NCBI GenBank assembly: GCA_965262115.1
Contig: OZ253496.1
Span: 1,216,001-1,280,000, forward strand
Source of the DNA: Nitrospinales bacterium
Lineage (GTDB): Bacteria; Nitrospinota; Nitrospinia; Nitrospinales; VA-1
Length of the DNA stretch: 64,000 nt
Reading direction: 5' to 3'
Shown here: positions 29,255-40,285 of the stretch, one piece after another
Layout: each line of letters opens with the position of its first letter
How positions within the stretch are numbered: the stretch's first letter is position 1
Notes under the pieces: model-generated
Told to the model about the DNA's origin: nothing
What the model saw: only the letters and a program-made list of their open reading frames with translations
Databases searched by the model: none
Position numbers and translations under genes: made by a program

Positions 29255-29449
29255 GACAAAACCATGCAGATCATTGAAGATGGCAGTGGAAAAGATTTTG
29301 AGCCTAAACTCGTCGAGGCTTTCAAAAAAGCACTCCCAAAAATGATCCACATCGTCAAAGAACTTCCAGACGACGAACCCGCGGACATTCTCAAAGTCTA
29401 TCGCATGACCGACAACAGCCGTCTTGCAGAACAATCCATGGTCAGGTAA
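29255..29449 (+). pseudogene. C-terminal remnant of an HD-GYP domain protein
   Basis: IIEDGSGKDFEPKLVEAF resembles the G.G..FDP..V.AF tail; no HD or GYP motif upstream. Confidence 0.55.
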
Positions 29450-30650
29450 GACCGGGAATAAATTTACGCAAAAATCTGGCCATCGAAACCGCCAACTGGA
29501 AAAACTGATTTTTAGCCCAGGCTTTGCGGTCGAATAATTCTTTGTGTGTCTCTTTCAACAGGTTTGGAATTTCCAGCTTTTCCGGGCAACGCGGCAAACA
29601 ATCCCCACATTCCGTACATTTAGAAGCAAAGTTTCCCGGAAACCAATGCCCTTCGCCCTCGAACATGTTGTAGCGGAACCTGCCGTAGTCCACCATTTCA
29701 TAGGCTTTCAGCAAGTTGCGGAAACGTAACACTTCGGGAATATTTATTTCTTCAGGGCAAGGTAAACATTCTGTGCACAATGTGCAAAGACCAGATATCT
29801 CGGAAAGCGGCGCATCCATCTTCGCCAGAGTCTCACTCATCGCCGAAGAACCCTCATCATTCAGGATGGAAAGGTTTTGCCTAAAATGCTCCGGTTCATG
29901 AATCCCCATACTCAAAGTCGTGATTTCTGGATGGCTCAAACAAAACCGTCCGTTAAACTCAATCGCGGTAAAAGGGTGACAGGTCTCCTCGACCTTTCGT
30001 GAGGGTTTCCACAGCAGGCCTCCCTTTTCATTGGGAGAAATGATGAACACGCCGATATCTTTCTCCCCCGCCAATCGCACTGCGGTAAGGTTGCGCTGGA
30101 AAAAATAATAATAATGCAGGTTCACAAAACTGAACAGATCGGTATTCAGGGCCTGAAGAATGATATCCAGAGGAGCATGCGTGGAAAAACCAATATGCCT
30201 GATGAGTCCCTCTTCGCGCAGTCGATGCAAGACCTCCACCGGCCCTCCCGGCTTAACCGCCGCTTTCAGCCTCTCTTCATTATTGATCCCATGCCACCCA
30301 TAAAAATCAAGGTAGTCCAACTTTAAACTGTGCAATTGCTCTTCAACCAGTGCGCGGGTTTCCTCCCCGGTCATCGGAGCCCCCTTGGTCATCATCTTAA
30401 AACTCTCGCGAGGCACGCCCAACTCTTTAAGCGCCACGCCATAAAGGTTTTCACTTTTCATATAGCCATGAGCCGTTTCAATATGGTTGATCCCAAGCTT
30501 AAGGGCCTGACGCGTGATTTCAATACAGTTTTTAACCGACTCCAAAGGAAGATGCGCGTGTGGAGGATTCCACCCATTTTTAAAACGCATTCCCCCAAGG
30601 GTGATCACCGAGATATTTTCTTCTGTTTTTCCGAACCGACGATATTCCAT
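29442..30650 (-). CDS. Aldo/keto reductase with C-terminal 4Fe-4S dicluster
   Basis: GINHIETAHGY; HIGFSTH; CTLCTECLPCP and CTECGDCLPRCP. Confidence 0.93.
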   Translation of the reverse strand: MEYRRFGKTEENISVITLGGMRFKNGWNPPHAHLPLESVKNCIEITRQALKLGINHIETAHGYMKSENLYGVALKELGVPRESFKMMTKGAPMTGEETRALVEEQLHSLKLDYLDFYGWHGINNEERLKAAVKPGGPVEVLHRLREEGLIRHIGFSTHAPLDIILQALNTDLFSFVNLHYYYFFQRNLTAVRLAGEKDIGVFIISPNEKGGLLWKPSRKVEETCHPFTAIEFNGRFCLSHPEITTLSMGIHEPEHFRQNLSILNDEGSSAMSETLAKMDAPLSEISGLCTLCTECLPCPEEINIPEVLRFRNLLKAYEMVDYGRFRYNMFEGEGHWFPGNFASKCTECGDCLPRCPEKLEIPNLLKETHKELFDRKAWAKNQFFQLAVSMARFLRKFIPGLT

Positions 30651-30834
30651 AGTTAATAGGATGGTTTTTGGCTCAATTCGTTGCCAACCTCTTCCTTAAA
30701 AGGTTTTACGGGGCCAGACTCACCAGAAAATCATTGAGGCGGCAAAACAGACGGTCTATACTATTGAAGTATCTAGCTTACAACCCAAAGAGCAGAAGGG
30801 CCGAGGCTGAAACACAGCCTGGCAATAATATATT

Positions 30835-32094
30835 ATGACTGCTTTTCGTTTTATTCACTGTTCCGACCTCCATATTGACAGCCCTTTCAAGGGCCTGGCA
30901 TCTCAGGTGCCGTCTCTCACGGAACGACTGCGGGAATCCACCTTCCGATCTTTCCACAATATCGTGAAACTGGCCGTGGAAGAAAAGGTGGATGCTGTTC
31001 TGATCGCCGGGGATATTTTTGATGGCGCCGATCGAAGCTTGCAAGCACAATTAAAATTTCGTCGCGGCCTGCTGGAACTGTCCGAGAAAGGCATTCCTTC
31101 TTTTATTGTACATGGCAATCACGACCCTTCTAACAGTTGGTCCCACATGTTGGATTGGCCGGAGAGCACCACTATTTTCCCCGGGAATAAAGTGGAGCGC
31201 ATCCCGGTAATCCGGGAAGGTGAGACGCTGGCCTGGATTTACGGAATCAGCTATCCTCAGAGAGAAGTGAACGAAAACCTGGCGTTAAAGTTCAAGAAAG
31301 ATCAGGAGCAGGGTTTTGCAGTGGGGCTCCTGCACGCGAATGTCGGGCAACATCCCGGACATGATAATTACGCCCCCTGTAGTTTGCAGGATTTAATATC
31401 CAGCGATTTTGATTACTGGGCTCTGGGCCATATCCATGAATTCAAAATTCTGCGCGAGAATAAACCGTGTATCGTTTATTCCGGCAACACCCAGGCCCGG
31501 CATCTCAAGGAAACCGGCCCTAAAGGCTGTTGTCTCGTCACCCTGAATTCCAGCGCGTCCGCCAATATACGGTTCGTCGCCACCGATGTGGTGAGCTACC
31601 GTTCCGCCAAAGTGGATGTCAGCAACGCCTCCAGTATTAATGAGGTATTGCAAGCCATTCAGTCGCAGGTGGAAGATCTCGCCAAAGAATCGTTGACCCG
31701 CGAAGGCCTGGTAGTACGACTGGTTTTAACAGGACGAACTGCGGTCCACAATGAATTGCAAAATCCCGGGGCCACCAAAGCTCTGGCCGAAGAGATCCAT
31801 GCATTTTTTGAAGGACATTCGCCCTGGATTCTGGTGGACCTTTCCACTCAAACCGCAGGCACTTATGACATTGACTCTCTGAAGGACGGCAAGGATTTTA
31901 TCGCCGACCTTTTAAATCTTTGCGAAGACGACCAGGACAAACAACTGCAAAGCAAAATTCAGGAAGCCATGAAACCTGTATTCGAATCCTGGGCAGGAAG
32001 AAAATATTTGGAAGACGGTGAAAATATTCAGACCATCACTCTGAAAGCTCGCAATCTGGCGCTCGATCAACTGGTCAACCGCGAGAACCCATAG
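30835..32094 (+). CDS. Mre11/SbcD-like metallophosphoesterase nuclease (YhaO family)
   Basis: DLHID, AGDIFD, GNHD, LLH, DYWALGHIH. Confidence 0.95.
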   Translation: MTAFRFIHCSDLHIDSPFKGLASQVPSLTERLRESTFRSFHNIVKLAVEEKVDAVLIAGDIFDGADRSLQAQLKFRRGLLELSEKGIPSFIVHGNHDPSNSWSHMLDWPESTTIFPGNKVERIPVIREGETLAWIYGISYPQREVNENLALKFKKDQEQGFAVGLLHANVGQHPGHDNYAPCSLQDLISSDFDYWALGHIHEFKILRENKPCIVYSGNTQARHLKETGPKGCCLVTLNSSASANIRFVATDVVSYRSAKVDVSNASSINEVLQAIQSQVEDLAKESLTREGLVVRLVLTGRTAVHNELQNPGATKALAEEIHAFFEGHSPWILVDLSTQTAGTYDIDSLKDGKDFIADLLNLCEDDQDKQLQSKIQEAMKPVFESWAGRKYLEDGENIQTITLKARNLALDQLVNRENP

Positions 32095-32102
32095 GAAACG
32101 CC

Positions 32103-34792
32103 ATGCAATTACGCGAAATTCATATTGACGGCTTCGGAATATTCGCCAATAAGCGGATCACCGGGCTGGCTCCCGGAATCAATATCATTTATGGCAAAAA
32201 TGAATTTGGCAAGACCACCCTGCTCGAATTCATCCGGCGAATCCTGTTCGGGTTTCCCACCAAAAGGGATAACACCAACCTCTATACTTCCGTGCAGGGA
32301 GGGTCGCTGGGCGGTAGTTTGAAGGTGATACTGCAAAACGGCGAGGGTCTGATCATTTCAAGGAGCCCCGGCACGCATGGAGGAATGGTGAGGATTTCTA
32401 CACCCGGCGAAGTCCTGCAGGGGCAATCCGCTTTGAATCACCTTCTCGGAAACGCCTCCAAGGATATTTATAGAAATATCTACGCTTTCACCATTGATGA
32501 ATTGCATGACTTCAACACTCTCAACAGCGATGAGGTCAAAAACCGCATCTATGGTGCTGGACTGGGTCTCGGCAATGTTTCGCTGAAAGAAATAGAAAAA
32601 GAACTGGAAACTCACTGCAAGCAGATTTTTAAATCGCGTGCCCCTCGCAAATGGGAGACCTGCTGGAAAAAATAAAAACCAACGAGCAGGAAATTCTGCT
32701 GACCCAGAAAAACCTGACTCTGTTTGACGAGTTGCAGGAAAAACTCGGCAGATTGCTGACAGAAAAACTCAGCGTGCAGAATTCCCTGGAAGACCTGGAA
32801 TCGGGCAAAAGAACCCTGGAAACCCAGGTCCGGCTTTATGAAGACACCATCCAGTTCCTGGAAGCCAAAAATAAACTGGCAACACTGGAAGACCTCTCGC
32901 AGTTCCCTGAAAATGGATTGAAGACTTTTGAGTCCATGAAGCAGGAAAAGAAAAACCTGATCCTGCGTATTGAAGAAGAACAGTCTGCCCTGCAAACGCT
33001 GAAAAATAACCGCGATGCCCTGACCGTAAACCATGACCTGCTTGGACAGGAAGAAAATGTTCATCGACTGCAACAGTCCACCCAATCCGTTCTATCTGCC
33101 CTGCAGGACCTGGACAGAGTGCAGTTCGAACGGGAAAACATGGACATGGATATTGCCGAAGAAATCAAATCCATCGACCGGGACTGGGATGAAAAAACCG
33201 TAATGGCTTTTGATTTAACAGAAGCGGAAAAAGGCCAGATCGACAGTTTTTATGACAGCTTTGAGAGTTTGAGAAAAGACCGGGACTTGTATCAGGACCA
33301 TCTGGAGAGCCACCGCAGGATAAAAGCTGAAAAAATGTCAGAAGGCTGGAACATTCCCGATTGGTTGAAATTATTTTATTACGGATTCACCGCAACCGGC
33401 GCATTGGGAGTGATTCTTAGTGGGTACTTTATGAACATCCCTCTTTTAGCCAGCGCCCTGCTTCTTATTGCCGGAGGTATCTTTCTTTTCAAGATGACCA
33501 CAAAAAGCACGGACGATTTCACCAAGGAAGACCTTACCGAGAAAAATCTTGCCCACCAATGGGAACAAAAAGAAAAAGAATTGAACGATAAGTTTGGTGA
33601 ATGGCGAGAGTGGCTGAAGGAACGGAGCCTGGATCCCAGCATTGCCCCCATCACCACAAAAAACATCGCCAAAACCGCCCGACAGGTCAAAACCATGCTC
33701 GCTCAGCGGGCAAGGCTCGATGAACGTATCCTGCAAATGAAAACCCTCTGCAAGGAAACCCGGGAAAGTGTTCTCTCACTCGAACCCATGGTTGAAAACG
33801 TTTCATTGAAAAATAACCTCCCTCTAAATATCGAGATCATCGGCCATGCTTTTGATGAGAGTAGAGCCAACCGGGGAAAAAGCAACCTGCTGGAAAACCA
33901 ATACCAGAATCAGGCCGACAAACTCACGCATCTTGAAAATCAACTGGAAAACATTTCCAACGACCTGGCACAGTTTATTCGTTCATCGGGAGCCGCAGAT
34001 TCTATGGATTTTCTGCGCAAGCAATCCATTCTGGATGTTCGAAAATCCCTGCAAGAAAAAATCGCGCAGAAACGCGGAATCATTCAATCCAATATCGGGC
34101 TGGGCTCGCATTTCGATAAATTTATTAAAGCCATACAAACCGCTCCGCTTGAAGAAATCAAACAAAAGCTAAGCCGTCTTCAGGTTGAGCTGAAAGAACT
34201 GCACGGCGGCCGCGAACAATTGTTACAGAACATCGGCGAAACCCGCAACGAAATTGAAAAATTGGCCTCCAACAACGACTTGATCGCAAAACAAACGGAA
34301 CTGGAGTTTCTGAAACAACAACTGCAATCCCTAGGGCAAGAGTGGGCCGCTTACCGTGGGGCTCTGGTTCTCCTTGATGCCGCCAAGCAGGAATATGAAA
34401 AAACCCGGCAACCCGAGGTGATCCGCTCAGCGGAAAACCTGTTCACTCAAATCACCGGTTACCGTCGCATTATCAAAACCATCAATCAGGATGAAGTGCT
34501 GATAGAAAACGACCAGCATCAGAGAAAAGGAGTGCTGGAAATGAGCCGGGGAACCCGCGAACAACTCTATCTGGCCATGCGGTTCGGCCTGATTAATGAA
34601 TATGAAACCCGCTCCGAACCGCTCCCTGCGGTGATGGACGATATCTTAGTGAACTTTGATGATGAACGCAATGAACGCATCATAAAAATTCTCAGCAAAT
34701 TCAGTAAACAGCGACAGGTCCTGGCCCTCACCTGCCACAAACGCTCCCTCAAAGCCTACAAAGACATCGGCGCTACTACTATTACGGTCTAA
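32103..34792 (+). pseudogene. YhaN-family SMC/Rad50-like ATPase, frameshifted near 32640-32645
   Basis: Walker A GKNEFGKTT in the first ORF; coiled coils, TM hairpin, MSRGTREQLYLAMRF and MDDILVNFD in the second ORF. Confidence 0.9.
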
Positions 34793-35696
34793 CCAGGCCA
34801 ACCACGCCGACAAGCCGCAGGGAACGTGTTGGAGAACAAGCAAAAAACAAATGCAGGTGTGGCTGAAGGGAAACCGCATTTTCTTTCCTCTGGGAGGTAA
34901 AAGTGTTCCGCGGCTAAAGCGTTATTTGAAAGAGGTGCAACAAGGCATAGTTCCTTTGACCATCTGGACTTATGATGAGGTAGGACATACGGATGGCACC
35001 CGTAAACTCCTGAAGGAGATTTTCAGCGACCAGCAGTTACCCTTCGACAACCCGAAGGCGTTGGGATTGTTGCAGAGAATATTAACCATAGCGGCGGATA
35101 AAAACGCTATCATTCTCGATTCCTTCGCCGGTTCCGGCACCACTGCCCACGCCGTCCTCGCACTGAATAAAGAAGACGGCGGCAACCGCAGGTTTATTCT
35201 GGTGGAGTGTGAGGATTACGCCAGCAAAATCACCGCCGAGCGTGTTCGCCGCGTGATAAATGGTGTGCCAAAAGCAAAAGATGAAAACCTGAAAAATGGG
35301 CTTGGTGGCAGTTTTGCCTATTGCACCTTGGGCGAGGAAATGAGCATTGAAAAAATGCTCACGGGCAAGAACCTGCCGGACTACGAAACACTGGCCCGCC
35401 ATCTGGTCTATATGGCAACCGGGCAATCGCCGGACAAACTCCGCAAAGCCAAAGGAAAAGACGGGTTTTTCCATGAAACCAAAGACCGACTGTTCTACCT
35501 CATCTATGAACCGAACCTTGATTTTCTGCGTAGCATGGGTTCCGCCCTGAACAGCATCCGCGCCGAACGCATTGCCAAACAAGTAAAGACAAAAAATAAA
35601 ACCGCAGTGGTGTTCGCCACCCACAAGTTTATCGGGCAGAAAGAATTGACGGAAATGGGGATCGTATTTTGCGGCTTGCCGTATGGTACATTATGA
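34793..35696 (+). pseudogene. mod: Type III R-M Mod (DNA methyltransferase), 5'-truncated
   Basis: FDNPK and ILDSFAGSGTTAHAV...NRRFILVE present; DPPY catalytic half absent. Confidence 0.88.
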
Positions 35697-35765
35697 TAAA
35701 CGGCGGTGAGCGAAGATATAGCAGGCAACCCAAACTACTTATGATCAATATACCGAGAGGCAATC

Positions 35766-36830
35766 ATGACCAACATACTTGCTAATTCACAGATAGACCT
35801 AAATCGAGTTAAAGGTTTACTAGATAAAGGCAGACCTCCGGTTTACAGGAAAGCATATAGCGATAGAACCGCTTGGGCTATGGCTTGTCTGTCGGAATTA
35901 GCCTATATCAGATTCAATCCGATCTTTTCCCACGATCAACATAAAAAGCATTTTCTCGATAATTTATCGAAATTGATTGATGAAAATAAGCAATCGTCTC
36001 TACTCAAATTAATTGATTTGCTAGGATATGACCATCTCGCAGAGAAGAAAAAGCTAAACACGGAATTGGATGTTTTAGGAGTCAATCTTATTGAAACATT
36101 TGACAGCAATGGAACTCAAGCCATATTAGTCTCAAATGATACGTTCATTGCCTTAGCATTTCGGGGTACTGAGGCGACGAGCATAAAAGACATTAAATCA
36201 GATATGAAAGCACAAACCATGCAATGTGAAACAGGCGGGAAAATTCACACCGGATTTAAGAAGGCCTTTGACGAGGTAGCCTTGGATATTCAAAACACGT
36301 TAAATGAAGAGGCATTAAGAGCCAAGCCTTTATTTATCACCGGGCACAGCTTAGGTGGCGCGTTGGCGACTGTTGCCGCAAAAAAATTGTCACATAAAGG
36401 CGGTATCGCCGCGTGTTACACCTTCGGATCACCGAGAGTGGGCGATGAGGAATGGATAGCTGATATCAAGACACCTGTCTACAGGCTGGTTAATGCGGCT
36501 GATTGCGTGACCATGTTGCCACCTGGGACAGAACTTATGACCATGTTTAGCTGGATATGTCAATTTATTCCATCAGTCGGGGAAGCCATTAGCTCCAAGG
36601 TATTAAAATTAAGCGGCTATATCCATGGTGGCAATATGCGATACCTGACAAACTGCTCTAGTGGTCAATATAATGATGTAAGACTGCTGTATTCTGTAGG
36701 GTTCCTGTACAGAATAAAAGGATGGGTAATGAAGAAGCTGCCATGGGGGAAATTTCTTTCAGATCATTCCATAACAGTATACAGAAAAAAACTTATGGTC
36801 ATTGCGGAAAAACGCAATCAGACAATATAG
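35766..36830 (+). CDS. Class-3 lipase (alpha/beta hydrolase)
   Basis: LAFRGTE, IHTGF, ITGHSLGGALA, YTFGSPRVG, NAADCV, SDHSI; no signal peptide. Confidence 0.93.
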   Translation: MTNILANSQIDLNRVKGLLDKGRPPVYRKAYSDRTAWAMACLSELAYIRFNPIFSHDQHKKHFLDNLSKLIDENKQSSLLKLIDLLGYDHLAEKKKLNTELDVLGVNLIETFDSNGTQAILVSNDTFIALAFRGTEATSIKDIKSDMKAQTMQCETGGKIHTGFKKAFDEVALDIQNTLNEEALRAKPLFITGHSLGGALATVAAKKLSHKGGIAACYTFGSPRVGDEEWIADIKTPVYRLVNAADCVTMLPPGTELMTMFSWICQFIPSVGEAISSKVLKLSGYIHGGNMRYLTNCSSGQYNDVRLLYSVGFLYRIKGWVMKKLPWGKFLSDHSITVYRKKLMVIAEKRNQTI

Positions 36831-36834
36831 GAAA

Positions 36835-37138
36835 ATGCAACTCAAAAACTACCAGCAACAAGCCATTGAGCAGTTAGACCGCTGGCTTGACGCGCTCAAG
36901 GACGCACGGCTGAAAGGTGAAAAAGTGGGCAAAGTCCTTGAGGAATCTGGGGTTGATGTTCCCGAAACATTAAAAAAATTATCCGAGTGCCGCATGGCGA
37001 GAATTGAAAGACCAAAACAGCCTCCCCGGTATTTCACAAGACGGTAATATCGCAATTCCCGAATACATCTCCCGCACTGCGGCATCCGGTGAACCAATTC
37101 CGCATGTCTGCCTGAAAGTGCCGACCGGCGGCGGCAAG
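36835..37138 (+). pseudogene. res: Type III R-M Res subunit N-terminal remnant (frameshifted, truncated)
   Basis: MQLKNYQ Q-motif; frameshift in the A7 run near 36972-36978; then PHVCLKVPTGGGK (Walker A), where similarity ends. Confidence 0.88.
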
Positions 37139-37231
37139 TTCAAATATCTGTTTCTTGCGGACAAAAGTGTTGGTTGCTAATCGGGCTATTGCCCAATTGC
37201 TTCCCACGCTAGTGGGTGGTATAAATGGAGC

Positions 37232-38545
37232 ATGGCACTACAACTTTTGTCACGAATTTTTTTAGCGTTTTGGGTGGGGTTCTTATTTATTCCACCTCCT
37301 GCTACCGCTAACGCGTTTCACTACCTCCTTGAAGAAAAGCAGGCGCTGGAAAAACAATTCGGCGTACAAACGCTTGAGTGTTTCCCTTTTATAAAGAAAA
37401 TAGGTTTCACGGAAGACCAGATTCCACTTATCAAACAGTGCCTGACCGGCACTCGTATCTTGAAGGAAGCTTTCGTCAATTCCAGAAATTCCACTTATAA
37501 AGTTATTGGCATCAGCAATCAGTTTTTAAAAACTGCCGGGTTTCACACCATCTTGATCCCCTGGAACGCCACTAAAGATGAAATTATTCAATTCCTAAAC
37601 AATCGGCCAAGTCATGAAGAGCAAACAGCCTTCCTGGATAAAATCCGTGGATTGAAACAGGACATTTCCAGAAAGCTCAAGATAAAACAGTTTTATTGTT
37701 CGCAGGAAATTTCCAACAACGATTGCTTGAATGGATACGAAAATCTGGCCGCGATGAGACTCCCCGATAGACTCAAAACCATCGGCTGGCAGGAAATCGT
37801 CATCACTCACTCCCACACTGCGCCGGACAGTCCTAGAAAACTGATTCTGGGCTTTAACGATTCTCCTGCCAAGATGAGGGAGCACCTGCTAAAAGATCCG
37901 TTTAAGACTTGGAATCCCCGGCAAAAAATGTATGAAAAAATTCAGGAAAAATATGGCACGGTTTTTAAAAACAAACTGCAATTGGAAAATCTGATCTGCG
38001 CTGTAGATATTTCAATGGACGAATGCGAACAGGGAGCCAGCAACCTTGCCCAAGCCAGCCAGAGCACCGATTTCAGGATGCGGCATTGGGGACAGGTTAC
38101 CCTCAACCGCTACAACACGCTTATTCAGGACGATTTTCACGCCTTCATCCGGTACGATCTACCGCCGGAAGAAATCCGGAAATATTTTTCCCGCAAGGCG
38201 CTCAAAACCCAGGCAGCGAAAAAAACTACGTTGGCTGTAAAACTTGAAGGGCAAACCAAAAATAATTCGACTCAACTAAGAGCGGTCTGCGATCTGGAAG
38301 GTCTGCGGTCATATCTTTGCGCCAGTTCTTTCGAAACCTTCATTCGCTTCGTGAAGAAGAACCGCGACTACCGGGTGCAAGCGCCTTGGGACACCCTCAT
38401 GTTTGTCGATGGCATGCAACTGGACAGGGTCAACTTCGCCCTTAATTCCAGTTCCCGCAACACCTACCTCTATATAGATGCCAACAGCGATGACACGCAA
38501 CTGGCCGCCTACCTGAACCAGCGGCGAGCCGTCGCTACCAAATAG
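37232..38545 (+). CDS. Exported hypothetical protein with four Cys-pair repeats
   Basis: Signal peptide ending ANA; repeats such as FYCSQEISNNDCLNG and LICAVDISMDECEQG. Confidence 0.8.
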   Translation: MALQLLSRIFLAFWVGFLFIPPPATANAFHYLLEEKQALEKQFGVQTLECFPFIKKIGFTEDQIPLIKQCLTGTRILKEAFVNSRNSTYKVIGISNQFLKTAGFHTILIPWNATKDEIIQFLNNRPSHEEQTAFLDKIRGLKQDISRKLKIKQFYCSQEISNNDCLNGYENLAAMRLPDRLKTIGWQEIVITHSHTAPDSPRKLILGFNDSPAKMREHLLKDPFKTWNPRQKMYEKIQEKYGTVFKNKLQLENLICAVDISMDECEQGASNLAQASQSTDFRMRHWGQVTLNRYNTLIQDDFHAFIRYDLPPEEIRKYFSRKALKTQAAKKTTLAVKLEGQTKNNSTQLRAVCDLEGLRSYLCASSFETFIRFVKKNRDYRVQAPWDTLMFVDGMQLDRVNFALNSSSRNTYLYIDANSDDTQLAAYLNQRRAVATK

Positions 38546-38733
38546 CAACAACTGTAACGGTTATTTTGACATCTTCATTAATTTTGATTCTTTCGCCAAT
38601 TTTTCGGGTGAGAACAAGCATGGGCGGGGTCCGTTCCAGGTTTGCTTATAAGGAAAGCTGATAAAAATCTATTACAAACTCCATTATAGCAAAAAAGCTC
38701 TGAAAAAATAATAATTTACAGCCCCAATCCCAA

Positions 38734-38763
38734 TTGACAGGGTTGGGGCGATTGTGTTAATTT
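38734..38763 (+). promoter_or_regulatory. Sigma70 promoter of tRNA-Phe
   Basis: TTGACA 38734-38739; TGTTAATTT -10 region about 30 nt upstream of the tRNA. Confidence 0.7.
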
Positions 38764-38793
38764 TCGCTCTTTTGATTGCAACAAAATCGTGTT

Positions 38794-38869
<76 letters not shown>

Positions 38870-39492
38870 CTTTTTCTTTGCCGGTCAAACCTGCCCCCCA
38901 CGATTACTCCTTTGCGTTACCACTTTTTTTACTCTCAATCCAACTAGGGAAGTTTCCAATAGGTTTGCTTCGCAAGGCAGACTTTAGGATCGCCAGGGAT
39001 ATAATTCCCTGACAAAATATCAACTCGGTTGTAGTTCCCTCTCTCACCCCGGTATGCTACAATCCGGTGATACGGAAGACCCTTTAGAAAAGGTAGTCGC
39101 TGATGACTCCAACGAGCAAGTTAAGCCAGCGTGCTAAACAACCGGCGACAAAACCTTCGTCCAATGGATTTGCGAAAATCGCACAACCGATTTCTGGAAT
39201 CTCAGCACGCCGGCGTGGGCTTTGCTGATCCCTGCGAAAGACACCAAAAGCGGAACGGACGAAATGATAAAGTGGTCGCTGGACATGGCAGAACTTACAG
39301 AGTGGACAAAAAAAGCGCAGGCCGCGGCAAAAGAAAATCAAAACTTGGGATATGATAAATGAACGAACTATCGCAAAGATCAAACAGCGAAAAACGATAC
39401 GGCGGAGTCCCAAAACCCTCGGTTGGGGCATTCTCGAAACACTCAAACATTATCTCAGTAAAGAACAATCATTAAATCAAAAGTAACGCAAA

Positions 39493-40041
39493 ATGGGATA
39501 CAGGTTATTCGCCAACATGTTTTCATACCATGCTTGTATTGTTTGTGGGCGAGAAATTAAAGCTCATTACACCAGATGTTACCGGTGCAATGAGGCTCGA
39601 AAACGTGGTGGATGGCATAACCCAGAAGATCATTCCGTTTTTGAAAATTCTGATGCACAGCATAACCGCCCATTCTATGTTTACATTCTTGAAACCGATT
39701 ACGGACATTATGTCGGGCACACAGGAAATATAGAAGCCCGGATTCGCACACATTTAGCAAACGGTTCACCTCAGACTGCTAGCGGCTATCTAACGAAAGT
39801 ATGGCAATCAAGCCCATTTAAAACACGCGAAGCCGCCGCCCATTATGAGGCTGTGCTTAAGTGCTGGCGCGACAAAAGAGACTATCAGTTCGAAGAAAAA
39901 ACCAAAATGAAACCGAAGCCATTTAAAAACCCAAACATTGTCCGACACGAAGCTGCTGACGGCTGGGTAGCAAGTCTATTCACAATTCTTATCACATGTA
40001 TTTTACTGTTTCTATTTCTGGCATTTATTTTTAAGCTATGA
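39493..40041 (+). CDS. GIY-YIG nuclease with N-terminal CxxC-CxxC finger and C-terminal TM helix
   Basis: CIVC...CYRC; YVYILE...YVGHTGNIEARIRTH...AAHYE; hydrophobic C-terminus. Confidence 0.85.
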   Translation: MGYRLFANMFSYHACIVCGREIKAHYTRCYRCNEARKRGGWHNPEDHSVFENSDAQHNRPFYVYILETDYGHYVGHTGNIEARIRTHLANGSPQTASGYLTKVWQSSPFKTREAAAHYEAVLKCWRDKRDYQFEEKTKMKPKPFKNPNIVRHEAADGWVASLFTILITCILLFLFLAFIFKL

Positions 40042-40065
40042 TGAACAAAAACCCGGTTTAAAACT

Positions 40066-40251
40066 ATGGAATTGCTTAAAGAAATCGACACCATTATCGA
40101 GGAAGTGAAAGAGGAGGCGGAAAATTTAAAGGCCGCCGAATCTCCTGCGGAGGAAGTCGAAGCGTTAAAGGAAATGTTGGACGCCCTGATGCGGGGCGCC
40201 CGCCAGGTGCAGGAAAAAATAGACCAATATAACGACCGCCGGTATCGTTAA
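40066..40251 (+). CDS. Small helical hypothetical protein
   Basis: 61-aa acidic amphipathic-helical ORF. Confidence 0.7.
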   Translation: MELLKEIDTIIEEVKEEAENLKAAESPAEEVEALKEMLDALMRGARQVQEKIDQYNDRRYR

Positions 40252-40285
40252 CAACCCTGCTCTGTTCTTAAAGAAACCTTTTTTA

